Source: Frankiaceae bacterium (GTDB lineage: Bacteria; Actinomycetota; Actinomycetes; JADGOV01). From it: a stretch of 63,946 nucleotides of DNA. The translations under genes and the position numbers were made by a program. The stretch spans positions 1 to 63,946 of the forward strand of contig JADGOV010000005.1 of assembly GCA_017882785.1 (NCBI GenBank). The letters are read 5' to 3'. The notes beneath the pieces were generated by a model. The model searched no databases. It worked only from the letters and a program-made list of their open reading frames with translations, and was not told the origin of the DNA. This document shows, in pieces, positions 15,455 through 26,600 of the stretch (the stretch's first letter is position 1; every line of letters starts with the position of its first letter).

Positions 15455-18295
15455 ATGACCGAAGACGGCGGGGGTCGGAGGTGTCCGGTGAGTACGGGTC
15501 CGACGGCTGCGGTGCTGGTTCTCGCGGCCGGGGGCCAGTGCGCCTGTCTCGTGCTCGTGGTGCGCCGGCGGGATTCTCCCGGCGCTTTCGGGCTGGCTGC
15601 CTTGCTGGCCTCGGTGCTGTTCTGGGATATCGCCAACGCCGTGGAATTGCGCACGGCCACTATCGGTGGGCGAGAGCTGTGGGGGGCGCTGAAGTACCTC
15701 GGCATCGGGCTGATGCCACCGGCGTGGCTGACCTTCGTCGCCCAGTACACCGGCACGGGCCGTCCGCTCGCCCGGCGCACACTGTTGGCGTTGAGCGTGG
15801 TGCCGATCGCGATGCTGGGGCTGCTCGCCACGCCTCATACGCGGCAACTGCTCCGGCACTACCCGAGCCCCACTGCGTCGGCCGCGGACGCTGGCCCACT
15901 CTTCTGGCCACTTGTCGTCTACACCGGGACGCTGATGATCGCTGGGCTGGTCACCTTCCTGGCCCGCCTGGTGCGTGCCTCACCGGTCTACCGCGGCCCC
16001 AGTCTGCTGTTGGCCTCGGTGGCCCTGCTCCCGCTCGCAGGCATCCTGGCGTTCAACCTGGGCGCCCAGCCCTTCGGCGTGGTCGACCCAACTCCCCTGG
16101 CCTTCTCTGTGGCCGCGCCGTTGCTCACTATCGGCTTCTTTCGCTTCCGACTCCTCCAGCTGCGGCCGCTGGCTCGGGCGCGCATCCTGGCGATGCTCGA
16201 CGACGCGGTCCTGGTGCTCGACGGATACGGTCGGATCACCGACGCCCTGCCGGCCGGGGAGCGCCTGCTGGGCTGCACGATGCGAGCGGCCGTCGGCCGC
16301 CAGCTGAGCGAGCTGCTGCCGGGATGGACCACTACCGTTGCGGATCCTGGCCCCGCAGGCACGTCGGACCGGGTGCCACTGCAGCAAGGCGGACGGTTCT
16401 ACGAGGTCCGGCAGCTGCGGCTGCCCGCTCGGCGGGGCGAAGACGGCGGCGGTGTGCTGCTCGTTGTGCGCGACGTCACCGACCAACACCTCGCGCTGGC
16501 TGGGCGCCGGGCGGCGGAGCGGGCGCGGGAAGCCGCCGACGCGCGCTTCGGCGCAGCCTTCCAGTCCGCCCTCGTCGGCATGGCCTTGGTCGAGGTCGCC
16601 GACGAGCGTGAGCGGATAGCCCTGGCCAACCAGGCGCTGGCCAACCTCACCGGCTGCCGCACTGCTGCCGAACTGGTGGATCGCGACTTGACCGACCTCG
16701 TCCTCGAGGAGGAGCGCGAGGTCGTCCGGGAGCTCGTGGCCGGCGTTGCCACCGGGGGCGAACGCAGCGCCCGCAGCGAGGTCCGGATGCTGCCCTTCGG
16801 AACGGCTCCCCAATGGGCGGTGCTGGGCGTGGCGCCCATCCCAGCCGGCGACGGGTCGCCACAGTTCGTCCTCGTCCAGGCAGAGGACGTCACCGAGCGA
16901 CACCTGTCCGAACGGCGCTTACGCGAGCAGGCGCTGCACGACCCGCTGACCGGACTCGCCAATCGTCTGCTGTTGTCCGACCGGCTGCAACAGGCGTTGG
17001 AGGAGGCGGTGCGCTCCTCCCAGGCGGTGGGCGTGCTGTTGTTCGACCTCGACCGCTTCAAGAACGTCAACGACACCTTCGGTCACGCAGTGGGCGATGA
17101 GCTCCTCCAGGCCGTGGCCTACCGCCTGATCGAGCTCCTGCGCCCCGGCGATACCGTGGCTCGCCTGGGCGGTGACGAGTTCGCCGTCGTCCTGCCCAAC
17201 CTGGAAGACCCGCGCCGTGCCGGCGTGGTGGCCAGTCGCATCCTCGAGGCGGTCGCACGTCCCTACCCTTCCCGACACGGTGACCTGCACATCAGCGCCA
17301 GCCTCGGCATCGCGGTGGGCCAGCCCAGCGCCGACCCGGAGATTCTGCTCCGCGACGCCGATGCCGCGATGTACCTGGCAAAGCATCGTGGCCGGGACTG
17401 CTGGGCCGAGTTCTCGGTCGGCCTCCGTCGCCAACTGGTGCATCGGATGCGCACCGAACGGGCGCTTCGGGCAAGCCTGTCCCGGCATGAACTCGTGCTG
17501 TACTACCAACCCATCGTCTCGCTGCCCGACGGCCGGGTGGTCGCCGTCGAAGGACTCCTCCGATGGCGCCACCCCACCCGCGGTCTGCTGCTGCCGGATC
17601 AGTTCCTGCCGGTCGCCGACGACGCCGGGCTGATCAACGATATCGGCCGGGAGGTCATGCGCCGTGCCCTGCACGACGTGGCAACCGTGATGAGCACCGG
17701 CCAGTTGAAGTCGCTGACCATCAGCCTCAACATCGCAGCCCGTCAGCTGCTCGTGCCGACCTTCGCCCGCGACGTGCTCACGGAGATCGGGGCCAGCGGT
17801 GTCGACCCATCTCGGATCTGCCTGGAGATAACCGAAGAGGCACTGCTGCAGACACCGGACGCGACCGCGAACCAGCTGAGCGAGCTGGGCAGTTCCGGCG
17901 TCCGCATCGCGCTCGACGACTTCGGTACGGGCTACAGCAGCCTCAGCCGCATCTGCCAACTCTCGGTGCACATCCTCAAGATCGACCGCTCTTTCATCGG
18001 GCGAGCGCTACAGGAACAGACAGACCGTCGAATCGTCCAGCTCATCATCGATCTGGCCCACGCCCTGGACATCCTGCCGATCGCCGAGGGGGTCGAGACC
18101 GAGGAGCAACTGCGCCTGCTTCTCGACCTGCAGTGCGACCAGGCGCAGGGCTACCTGTTGGGCCGGCCGCAACCAGCTGACCGCATCCTCGAGACGGTCA
18201 CGCTCGCGGAGGTCTCCTCCCCCGGCCCCCCGCGGCGGGGCCCGCATCGCGGTCCGCACCGTGCGACCCAGCCGGTCGGCCCCGCGGCGGGCTAA
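15455..18295 (+). CDS. Membrane 7TM-PAS-PAS-GGDEF-EAL c-di-GMP enzyme
   Basis: N-terminal TM region, HDPLTGLANR, DLDRFK.VND, GGDEF, YQPIV, EGLLRW, LEITE, DDFGTGYSSL and EGVET. Confidence 0.93.
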   Translation: MTEDGGGRRCPVSTGPTAAVLVLAAGGQCACLVLVVRRRDSPGAFGLAALLASVLFWDIANAVELRTATIGGRELWGALKYLGIGLMPPAWLTFVAQYTGTGRPLARRTLLALSVVPIAMLGLLATPHTRQLLRHYPSPTASAADAGPLFWPLVVYTGTLMIAGLVTFLARLVRASPVYRGPSLLLASVALLPLAGILAFNLGAQPFGVVDPTPLAFSVAAPLLTIGFFRFRLLQLRPLARARILAMLDDAVLVLDGYGRITDALPAGERLLGCTMRAAVGRQLSELLPGWTTTVADPGPAGTSDRVPLQQGGRFYEVRQLRLPARRGEDGGGVLLVVRDVTDQHLALAGRRAAERAREAADARFGAAFQSALVGMALVEVADERERIALANQALANLTGCRTAAELVDRDLTDLVLEEEREVVRELVAGVATGGERSARSEVRMLPFGTAPQWAVLGVAPIPAGDGSPQFVLVQAEDVTERHLSERRLREQALHDPLTGLANRLLLSDRLQQALEEAVRSSQAVGVLLFDLDRFKNVNDTFGHAVGDELLQAVAYRLIELLRPGDTVARLGGDEFAVVLPNLEDPRRAGVVASRILEAVARPYPSRHGDLHISASLGIAVGQPSADPEILLRDADAAMYLAKHRGRDCWAEFSVGLRRQLVHRMRTERALRASLSRHELVLYYQPIVSLPDGRVVAVEGLLRWRHPTRGLLLPDQFLPVADDAGLINDIGREVMRRALHDVATVMSTGQLKSLTISLNIAARQLLVPTFARDVLTEIGASGVDPSRICLEITEEALLQTPDATANQLSELGSSGVRIALDDFGTGYSSLSRICQLSVHILKIDRSFIGRALQEQTDRRIVQLIIDLAHALDILPIAEGVETEEQLRLLLDLQCDQAQGYLLGRPQPADRILETVTLAEVSSPGPPRRGPHRGPHRATQPVGPAAG

Positions 18296-18304
18296 CGTTC
18301 GGGG

Positions 18305-19141
18305 GTGCGCCTCGCCACCTTCAACCTGCTGCACGGCCGATCGGTGGACGACCAGCGGGTGGACGAGGGACGACTGCGCGCTGCGATTCGGAGCTTGGAT
18401 GCCGACGTGCTGTGCTTGCAGGAGGTGGACTGCTGGCAACCGCGCTCGCACCGCTCGCACATGACGCGCGTCGTCGCCGAGGCGATGGAAGCTGACTTCT
18501 GGCGTTTCGAGCCCACGCTGATGGGGATTCCGGGAGGGGCGTGGCGCGGGAGGGAAGGCGGGGCCGATCTCGGGGCGGTGCTCGGCCACTCCTCGGCCCA
18601 TGCCCAGACCCGGGCGGCGCAGCCGACCGAGGCAGCGTACGGGCTTGGTCTCGTCTCCCGAGCACCAGTGGACTCCTGGCGGGTGCTCGCGTTACCGGCG
18701 GCTCCGCTCCGGTCACCGGTGCTGATGCCGGGCACCGGTCGGCCGATGCTGCTCACCGACGAACCGCGAGCCGCCCTCGCAGCGATGCTGTCCACCCCGG
18801 ACGGCCCACTCACAGTGGTCTGCACCCACCTGTCCTTCGTCCCGGGTTGGAACGCCTGGCAGCTGCGCCGCCTGATCAGTGGGGTGGCCGACCTGCCGGA
18901 TCCCCTCGTCGTGCTCGGCGACCTGAACCTGCCCGGTCCCCTGCCCCGGCTGCTGACCGGGTGGCGGCAACTGGCCAGGGTGGCCACGTACCCGGCGTGG
19001 CGGCCACGGGTGCAGTTCGACCACGCGCTGGCCCGCGGGGGTTCCTGGACGCGGCACTCGGTGGACGCCGTACGGCTGCCCATCTCCGATCACCGCGCCC
19101 TGGTTGTCGACGCCACTCTTTCGGCCGCCCGCCACGGGTAG
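18305..19141 (+). CDS. Endonuclease/exonuclease/phosphatase family protein
   Basis: LATFN, LQEVD, THLS, GDLN and SDH. Confidence 0.9.
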   Translation: MRLATFNLLHGRSVDDQRVDEGRLRAAIRSLDADVLCLQEVDCWQPRSHRSHMTRVVAEAMEADFWRFEPTLMGIPGGAWRGREGGADLGAVLGHSSAHAQTRAAQPTEAAYGLGLVSRAPVDSWRVLALPAAPLRSPVLMPGTGRPMLLTDEPRAALAAMLSTPDGPLTVVCTHLSFVPGWNAWQLRRLISGVADLPDPLVVLGDLNLPGPLPRLLTGWRQLARVATYPAWRPRVQFDHALARGGSWTRHSVDAVRLPISDHRALVVDATLSAARHG

Positions 19142-19173
19142 ATCTCCCTCCCGGAGCCGCAGGGCATGGCAGG

Positions 19174-20376
19174 GTGAGCCAGAACCCCGCCGACCCACAG
19201 GAGCCGTTGTTGCCTCGCCGCCCGCAGCTCCGCCGACTCCGTCCTCAACGCCTCGTCGCCCCGCTGGCTTGCACTGCCCTGCTCGTCGGCTGCTCCGCCG
19301 CCGGCGCTGACCACCCGGCGGCTGCGGCTCGCGGCCCCTCCTCGACGACCGCGGGGAGCGCCGCGGCAACCGACCCGACCAGCCGGACCGCGTCGCCGAC
19401 CGCTCCGTCGGGCACGTCACCGGGCACCTCCCCGGCCACAGCGGCGACGGTGACCGTGGCCTTCGGCGGTGACGTGCACTTCGAGGGCGCGGACGGTGCG
19501 CGGCTGGCGGCGAATCCGCGCACGGCCATCGGTCCGGTGTCCGCACTGCTGCGTCGAGCGGACGTGGCGATGGTCAATCTGGAGACCGCGGTCACGACCC
19601 GCGGCACGCCGCAGGCGAAGGAGTTCGTGTTCCGCGCCCCGCCTACCGCATTCACCGCGCTGCGCTCCGCCGGCGTCGACGTGGTGACTCAGGCCAACAA
19701 CCACGGCATGGACTACGGGCTCGTCGGCCTGCACGACTCCATCGCCGCCGCCCATTCTGCCCGGTTCCCGGTGGTGGGCAACGGAATGGACGCCGACGCC
19801 GCGTTTGCACCCTGGACGACGACCGTCCGGGGTACCCGGATTTCGGTCATCGGCGCGACCCAGGTGCTCGACGCCAACCTGTCCGCGGCATGGACCGCCG
19901 GGGTCGGCAAGCCAGGTCTCGCCTCGGCCAAGGACGTGCCCCGCCTGCTGGCCGCCGTACGCGCCGCCCGTGCCCACGCCGACGTGGTGGTCGTCTACGT
20001 GCACTGGGGCACCGAGATGCACTCCTGCCCGACAACGGCGCAGACATCGCTGGCCCGGGCGGTGACCAACGCCGGGGCGGACGTCCTCGTCGGCTCGCAC
20101 GCTCACGTCCTGCTCGGCGCAGGCCGGATGGGGAGCAGCTACGTGGACTACGGCCTCGGCAACTTCGTCTTCTATGCCCACAGCGGTCCCACCGTCTCCA
20201 GCGGCGTACTGACCCTGACGTTGAAAGGTCGACGGGTGCAGTCGGCGCGCTGGTCACCGGCGCGCATCTCCGACGGGATTCCGGTGCCGTTGCGCGGCAG
20301 TGCCGCCGACTCCGCCCGCGACAGCTGGGTGCGACTGCGCAGTTGCACCGGACTGGCCGCTGTGCCCGGCAGCTGA
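19174..20376 (+). CDS. CapA-family metallophosphatase lipoprotein
   Basis: LVGC lipobox, GDV, VNLET, ANNHGMDYG, HWG, GSHAH and YGLGNF. Confidence 0.9.
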   Translation: MSQNPADPQEPLLPRRPQLRRLRPQRLVAPLACTALLVGCSAAGADHPAAAARGPSSTTAGSAAATDPTSRTASPTAPSGTSPGTSPATAATVTVAFGGDVHFEGADGARLAANPRTAIGPVSALLRRADVAMVNLETAVTTRGTPQAKEFVFRAPPTAFTALRSAGVDVVTQANNHGMDYGLVGLHDSIAAAHSARFPVVGNGMDADAAFAPWTTTVRGTRISVIGATQVLDANLSAAWTAGVGKPGLASAKDVPRLLAAVRAARAHADVVVVYVHWGTEMHSCPTTAQTSLARAVTNAGADVLVGSHAHVLLGAGRMGSSYVDYGLGNFVFYAHSGPTVSSGVLTLTLKGRRVQSARWSPARISDGIPVPLRGSAADSARDSWVRLRSCTGLAAVPGS

Positions 20377-20395
20377 GAGCGGCACTTCGGGTCCC

Positions 20396-23300
20396 TCACG
20401 GCTCGGCCGCGGAGACCGGCAGCGCTTCGATCAGTGCCTGCAGCCCCGCGCCGTCCAAGAGATCGGCCGGCCGTACGGTCAACCCGTCCGCGACGTAGTG
20501 GAACGCCGCGCGGACCCGCTCCAGCGGAGCCTCGCGCAGCGCGGACCAGGCCAGCCGGTAGACGGCAAGTTGGACGGCGCCGGCGATCGCAGCAGCCGGT
20601 CCGGGCCGGCCGCCGGTCTTCCAGTCGATCACCGTCCACCCGCCGTCCGCGTCGCGGAAGGCTGCGTCGATGCGACCCCGGACGACAACCTGGCCGAGTT
20701 GGGCCTCGAAGGGCACTTCCACCTCGAGCGGCGTCCGGTGCCACCAGCAACTGCGTCGAAACGCGGCCTGCAGGGCGGCGAGCTCCTCCCCGCCGGGCAG
20801 GCCGGCATCCGGGTCGCCGGGAAGGTCGTCGAGATCGAGCAGGGAGAGCTGGCCGTAGTGACTCTCCACCCAGGCGTGGAAGGCGCTGCCGCGGCGGGCG
20901 GCCGGGGCCGGCGGCTGCGGCAGCGGACGGCGCAGACCCCGGGCCACAGCGCCCGGATCGTGGGCCACGCCCACCAGCCCGGTGACGGTCAGGCGGGTGG
21001 GGAGCACGACCTGGCGGGCGCCGCTGCTCGCCTGCGCCTTCCCCGCCTGCTCGGCGAGCAGCAGGGCGACCTCCTGCCGCCAGCGGGCCGCCAGCTCGAC
21101 CTCGGCCGTCTCGAGTGGCTCTGGGGACTTTGCGGCCTCTGGGGTCCCTGTGGGCGCGGGCGAGGCTGACGGGGTGGCCATCTCCGCCAGGACGAGTCGG
21201 GCCCCGGCCACCACCGCCTCATGTACGGGGCCTGACGGTTCCGCCGGCCAGCAGGTACTGGCCGCGGTCACCCGCTGTGGGTTCTCATCCGCCACATCCG
21301 GCGGCGGGCACCACGAGGGGACCGTGTCGCCGGCGGCAACGACGACGTCCCGCACCTCGGTCAGGAACACTGAGGGTCCAAGCGCGGTCTTGCCCTCCCC
21401 CCACCAGAAACCGGAACAAAGAACGACCTGCGCAGCCCGGGTCACAGCGACGTAGGCCAGGCGACGCTCCTCCAACCGGTCCCGGGCGCCACAGGCCTCG
21501 TCGAACGCGGCCGCGTCACGCCGGCCGAGGCCGCCGAGCACCGGCAGGTCCACGGCGTCACCGCGCAGCGAGAAAGGCAGCAGCTGAGCGTTGTGCGTCC
21601 ACTTTGTACTGGCCGGTGGCCGCGCCGGGAAGATCCCCGAACTGGCACCGGCAGCGAGTCCCGGTATCGCAACTACGGGCCACTCCAGCCCTTTGGCGGC
21701 ATGAACAGTCATCACCTTGACGCTGTCGCTGGACCCCACCCGACCGGTCTCCAGCCCGAACTCCTCCTCCTCGGCGGCGCGCAGGTAGGACAGGAATGCC
21801 CGCAGCGTCGGCTCCTCCTCTTCGCCCGCGAACTCAGCCGTGGCGTCGGCGAACGCGTCAAGGTCCGCGCGCGCGGAGACCGCCTGGGCGCCAGGGCGCG
21901 CCATAACCTCAATGTGCAGCTCGAGGGTCCGCTCGACATCGGCGACGAGGTCGGGCAACGGCTGGTCCAGCCGCTGACGTAGCGCGCGCAGCTGGGATCC
22001 CAGGGCGCCTAACCGGGAGTAGCCGACGTCGGAGTACGCCGACGGAGGTCCCGGGTCGTCCAGAGCCTCCACGAGGCTGCCGGTGTGGGACAGGTCGGTG
22101 CCGGTCGGCGACGCCGCCAGGGCACGGGCGCGCCCACCGAGGGCCACCAGGTCCGACGGGCCCAATCGGAGCCGCTGGCCGGTGAGCAGCCGGAGCAGCG
22201 ACGGGTTGGCGTCGGTGTCCTCCAGCACCCGCAGTACGGAGACCACGTCGAGCACCTCGGGCACGGTGAGCAGACCACCGAGCCCCACGACCTCGACGGG
22301 AAGACCCCGGGTCTCCAGCGCCCGGCGCAGTGCCGGGAACTGCGACCGTTTGCGGCACAGCACTGCGACTTCACCCGGCCGGAGAGGCTGCTCCGCCGGC
22401 CGCCCGAGGGTATCGGCGATGTGGTCCGCGACCCAGTCCGCCTCCTCCGCCTGGGTTTCCAGCAGGGCGCACTCCGCCCGCCCGAGCGTGGCACAGCCCT
22501 CGGCCGGCCGCAGGATCGGCACATCCGGGTCGCTGTCCCGCAACGGCTCGGCCAGCCGGTTGGCGACGTCGAGGATGCGGCTGCCATTGCGGAAACTCCG
22601 GGTCAGGTGCCGTACCGGCGTCGGTGCGCCAGCGCGACCGAAGTGTGCCGGGAATCGCCGCAGTCCGCCGGCACTGGCCCCCCGCCAGCCGTAGATCGAC
22701 TGGCAGGGGTCGCCGACAGCGGTAACCGGGTGGCCGTCGCCGAACAGCGCACGCAACAGCTCGCGTTGGGCGTGGCCGGTGTCCTGGTATTCATCGAGCA
22801 GCACCACCGGGAACCGGGCCCGCTCCATCTCACCGACCTCAGGATGGCGAGCGGCGATCCTGGCAGCCAACGCCACCTGGTCCCCGTAGTCCAGGACCAT
22901 CCGCGCCGCCTTGGCCGACTGGTATGCCTCGACGAGTGGCAGCAGCTGCAGGGTGGCGGCCGAGGTCGACAGCAGCAGTGACGCGCACGCGGACCGGCGA
23001 CCGGGGGTGTCCTGCGCTCGACGGCGCCAGCGCTCGAGCTCACGGCGCAGCTCCGCCGGTTCTCGCAAGTGCTCGGCGAGTTCGCCGGCGAGGGCCAGAA
23101 CGGCGTCGATGACCCAGGCCGGTCCCTTACCGACGGCATCCATCGGCCCTGCGTAGCTACCGACGACGCGCGCGGCCAGTTGCCAGGAGACGGCGGGGGA
23201 GATCAGCCGGGCGGTCGGCTCCCGGGCCTCACGCAGCGCATGCTCGGCAACGAGCCGGCCGGCGTAGGAGTGATAGGTCGACACCGTCGGCTCGCCTCCC

Positions 23301-23650
23301 GGCGTGTCGTCGGGCAGGTGACAGCCCGGCGGGCTCCCTGCCGCCTGACTCGGACACGCGCCAGGGATCAGCCCGAGCCCCCGCAGCTGATTGAGTCGGC
23401 GGCGGACCCGGCTGGACAGCTCGGCGGCCGCCTTGCGGGTGAAGGTGAGCCCGAGCACGCCTTCGGGTCGAACCCGGCCGTTGGCGACCAGCCACACCAC
23501 GCGCGCGGCCATGGTCGCCGTCTTACCTGAGCCGGCGCCGGCCACCACCCCGGCCGGAATCATCGGCGCGGCGATGACCGCGGCCTGTTCGGGGGTCGGC
23601 GGCGCGATGCCCAACACGGTGGCGAGCTCGATCGGGGAGTGGCCGCTCAC
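20396..23650 (-). CDS. adnB: AdnB helicase-nuclease subunit
   Basis: AGAGSGKT, LDEYQDT, HAAKGLEW and C-terminal PD-(D/E)XK (GRIDA...DWKTG...QLAVY). Confidence 0.92.
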   Translation of the reverse strand: MSGHSPIELATVLGIAPPTPEQAAVIAAPMIPAGVVAGAGSGKTATMAARVVWLVANGRVRPEGVLGLTFTRKAAAELSSRVRRRLNQLRGLGLIPGACPSQAAGSPPGCHLPDDTPGGEPTVSTYHSYAGRLVAEHALREAREPTARLISPAVSWQLAARVVGSYAGPMDAVGKGPAWVIDAVLALAGELAEHLREPAELRRELERWRRRAQDTPGRRSACASLLLSTSAATLQLLPLVEAYQSAKAARMVLDYGDQVALAARIAARHPEVGEMERARFPVVLLDEYQDTGHAQRELLRALFGDGHPVTAVGDPCQSIYGWRGASAGGLRRFPAHFGRAGAPTPVRHLTRSFRNGSRILDVANRLAEPLRDSDPDVPILRPAEGCATLGRAECALLETQAEEADWVADHIADTLGRPAEQPLRPGEVAVLCRKRSQFPALRRALETRGLPVEVVGLGGLLTVPEVLDVVSVLRVLEDTDANPSLLRLLTGQRLRLGPSDLVALGGRARALAASPTGTDLSHTGSLVEALDDPGPPSAYSDVGYSRLGALGSQLRALRQRLDQPLPDLVADVERTLELHIEVMARPGAQAVSARADLDAFADATAEFAGEEEEPTLRAFLSYLRAAEEEEFGLETGRVGSSDSVKVMTVHAAKGLEWPVVAIPGLAAGASSGIFPARPPASTKWTHNAQLLPFSLRGDAVDLPVLGGLGRRDAAAFDEACGARDRLEERRLAYVAVTRAAQVVLCSGFWWGEGKTALGPSVFLTEVRDVVVAAGDTVPSWCPPPDVADENPQRVTAASTCWPAEPSGPVHEAVVAGARLVLAEMATPSASPAPTGTPEAAKSPEPLETAEVELAARWRQEVALLLAEQAGKAQASSGARQVVLPTRLTVTGLVGVAHDPGAVARGLRRPLPQPPAPAARRGSAFHAWVESHYGQLSLLDLDDLPGDPDAGLPGGEELAALQAAFRRSCWWHRTPLEVEVPFEAQLGQVVVRGRIDAAFRDADGGWTVIDWKTGGRPGPAAAIAGAVQLAVYRLAWSALREAPLERVRAAFHYVADGLTVRPADLLDGAGLQALIEALPVSAAEP

Positions 23651-26600
23651 TGGTGCACCCCGGTCACCTGGGCACCTTCCGGCTGCAGCGGGCAGCTGGT
23701 CCGGGCCGGGCAGCTGCGGCACGAGTCGTTCTCCGTCACCCGGAATCGGGGGCCGCGCATGTCCTCGGCGACAACGTGCAAGAGCTGCCCGACCCAATCG
23801 GGATCATCCTCGCCCGGAGGTGGCTGGGACTGGGCCAGGGCCGCATTGGTGCGTCCGGCCGCACCCAGCTGCACCAGCTCGGCACCGCCGGGGGTGGTGA
23901 GGCCGAACCGGGCGAAGGCCCCGAGGGCGACGGCCAGCTGGTAGACCCCCAGCTGTGGGTGCCGGCGCAGCTCCTCCGCATCGGGCCTCCTGCTGCCGGT
24001 CTTGAGGTCGACGACGACTCCCCGACCGTCTCGGTCACGCTCAAGTCGGTCGACACGGCCGCGGAGTTGCACCGGACCGGCCGCCACCTCGAATTCCTCC
24101 TCGACTGCGGCGAGCTGCCGCGGATTGCGCCGGTGCCACTCGAGGAACTTCCGCACCTCCCTGACGGCCACGTCGTGTTGGGCTCGGCTGAACCAGGGAG
24201 CCCCGAGGTCGAGTTCGTCCCAGACCGCATCCAGTCGCCGCACCAGTTCCCGTTCGTCAGCGGCCGCTGGATCGGTCACCAGCGCCGCCAGGGCGTGCAC
24301 CACGCTGCCCACTGTCTGCGCCGGCCCGGGCGGCGCACCTCCCCCGACGGCCCGCTCCAACAACCACCGCAGCGGGCAACGGGCCACGCCCTCCACCTGA
24401 GACGGGGAAACGGCCACGCTAGCCGTGGGTAGCCGCAAGGGCGCGCTTGTCGACAATGCGGTCAGCGCGTGCCAGTGCGCTGGCGCCGCTCCAGGCACGT
24501 CGGCGGCCGCCAGCTCGGCGAGCCTCGATGCGGCGGTCGACCGCAGCGAGTCCGACCGCGTCGGGTCGGTAACCACGGAGCGCAGCTCGGCGACGAGCGC
24601 CGGCATCGTCAATGCCCGCGGCGCCACAGTGGCCGTCATCTCCTCCGCCGGCAGTAGTTCGCCGAGGAATCGGGATGGCCGCAGGTCCACGTCCTGCTCC
24701 ACCCCGCCGACGGCGGTCACCACCAGCTTGCGACGAGCCCGAGTGGCGGCCACGTAGAACAGCCGACGCTCCTCGGCGAGTGCCGCCGCGCCCGTGGCGA
24801 CGGGACCCTGCGCGTAACCGGTGAGCACCTCGACGAGGTGCTCAGTGCCGAGCAACGAACCTCGCAGCCGAAGGTCCGGCCAAGCGCCCTCTTGGACGCC
24901 GGCCACCACAACGACGTCCCACTCCATCCCCTTGGCGCGGTGCGCCGTCAGCAGGCGGACCGCGTCGCCGTCCGGGGCCTGCTCGGCCAAGCTGTCCCCC
25001 GGCACCTCCCGGTAGGTGATGTCCTCGAGGAACAACAGCGGCCCTGCCCCGGGCAGCCGGTCGACGAAGCGCCCAGCCGCGTCGAACAGGGCCAGCACCG
25101 CGTCGAGCGCCCGGTCCGCGGCCGTGCCCGCGGGACCGCCGGCGGCGGACGCCGTCTCCCATTCGGTGGCCAGGCCGGAGGCAGACCACACTGCCCACAG
25201 CACGTCCTCCGCCGTGCCGGCGGCTTCGGCGGAATCCGCCGCAACCCGGAGCAGCGTCCCGATCCGGATGACCGGGCGGCACAGCTCCGACGGCAGCCCG
25301 GCCACCTCAGCCGGGTTCCGCAGGAGGTCTGCAAACGGCGTGCGCCGGGCGCCGGATCCGCCCTGGTCGCCCGCCGGGGAACGCTCCGCGGGCGCCGCGA
25401 GCGCGTGGAGCTCGGACAGGGCCCGTCGAAGCCGACGCAGCTGAATCGCGTCCGCCCGCCCCAGCGGCCCAATCAGCAACTCGACGGCGGCGTCGTCATC
25501 GAGGGTGGCTGGGGTCAGCGCACACCGCAGCAGAAGCAGCAGTGGCCGCACGGCCGGCTCATCGACCAGCGGAGCCTCGACACCTGCGACGGTGGTCGGA
25601 ACACCGGCCGTCGCCAGCCCCCGGCGCAGGGTGGGCAGTGACCTGCTCGCGGAGCGCAGGAGGACGGCCATGCGCGACCAGGCCACACCATCCACGACGT
25701 GCGCCCGACGGAGCACGTCGGCCACGAGGGCAGCCTCCTGGGCGGCGCTGTCAGCGAGGTGCACGACGACCTCGCCGACCGGTAGTCCCGGTGCCGCCTC
25801 CAGGGCTCGGTGATGGCGAGCGGCCCGGCCGGCGGGCAGTCTGCTCGCTACCCGCCTGGAGGCGGCAAGTAGCGCGGCTCCACTGCGTCGGCAGGTCCGC
25901 AAGGCGATCACGGGAGCAGGATGGCCGCGAACCGTGCGGAAGCGCTCCGGAAAGTGCAGGACGTTGCCGACGTCGGCCCCACGAAAGGCGTAGATGGACT
26001 GGTCTGGGTCGCCGACCACCACCAGATCCCGCCCCCCGCCGGCGAGGGAGTGCAACAGCTGTTCCTGAGCGGGGTCGGTGTCCTGGTACTCATCGACATA
26101 CACGTACGGTCGAGCGGCTCGCTGCTCACTCGCGACAACGTCGTCGGCCAGCAGATCGGCGGCTCGACGGACCAACTGCGCGTAGTCCACGGCTGGCCCG
26201 GCGATGTCGACGGCAAAGCGCTGGCCATACCGGCGGAGAAACCCGGCAGCGGCTACCCAGTCCCCCCGGCCGTGGGCCCGGCCGAGCCGCGCGAGCGATA
26301 CGTCGTCGAGGCCGCGCTCCTGGGCCCGCAGGAGCAGGTCACGCAGCTCCTGGGCGAAGCCACGGGTGGACAGCGCCGGCCGCAGCCGAGCCGGCCATGC
26401 CCACGCCCCGTCAGCCGCCTCGCCCTGGAGCAGCCGGCGGATCTCCAGGTCGTGCTCGGGGCCGGAAAGGACCCGCGGCACCGGCGTCCCCATCCGGAGC
26501 GCATCCTGGCGCAGCAAGGCGAACGCGTAGGAGTGAAACGTCAGGGCCAGCGGCTCCCGGGTCGTCCGGCCGAGCCGACCGGCGATGCGGGAGCGCAGCT

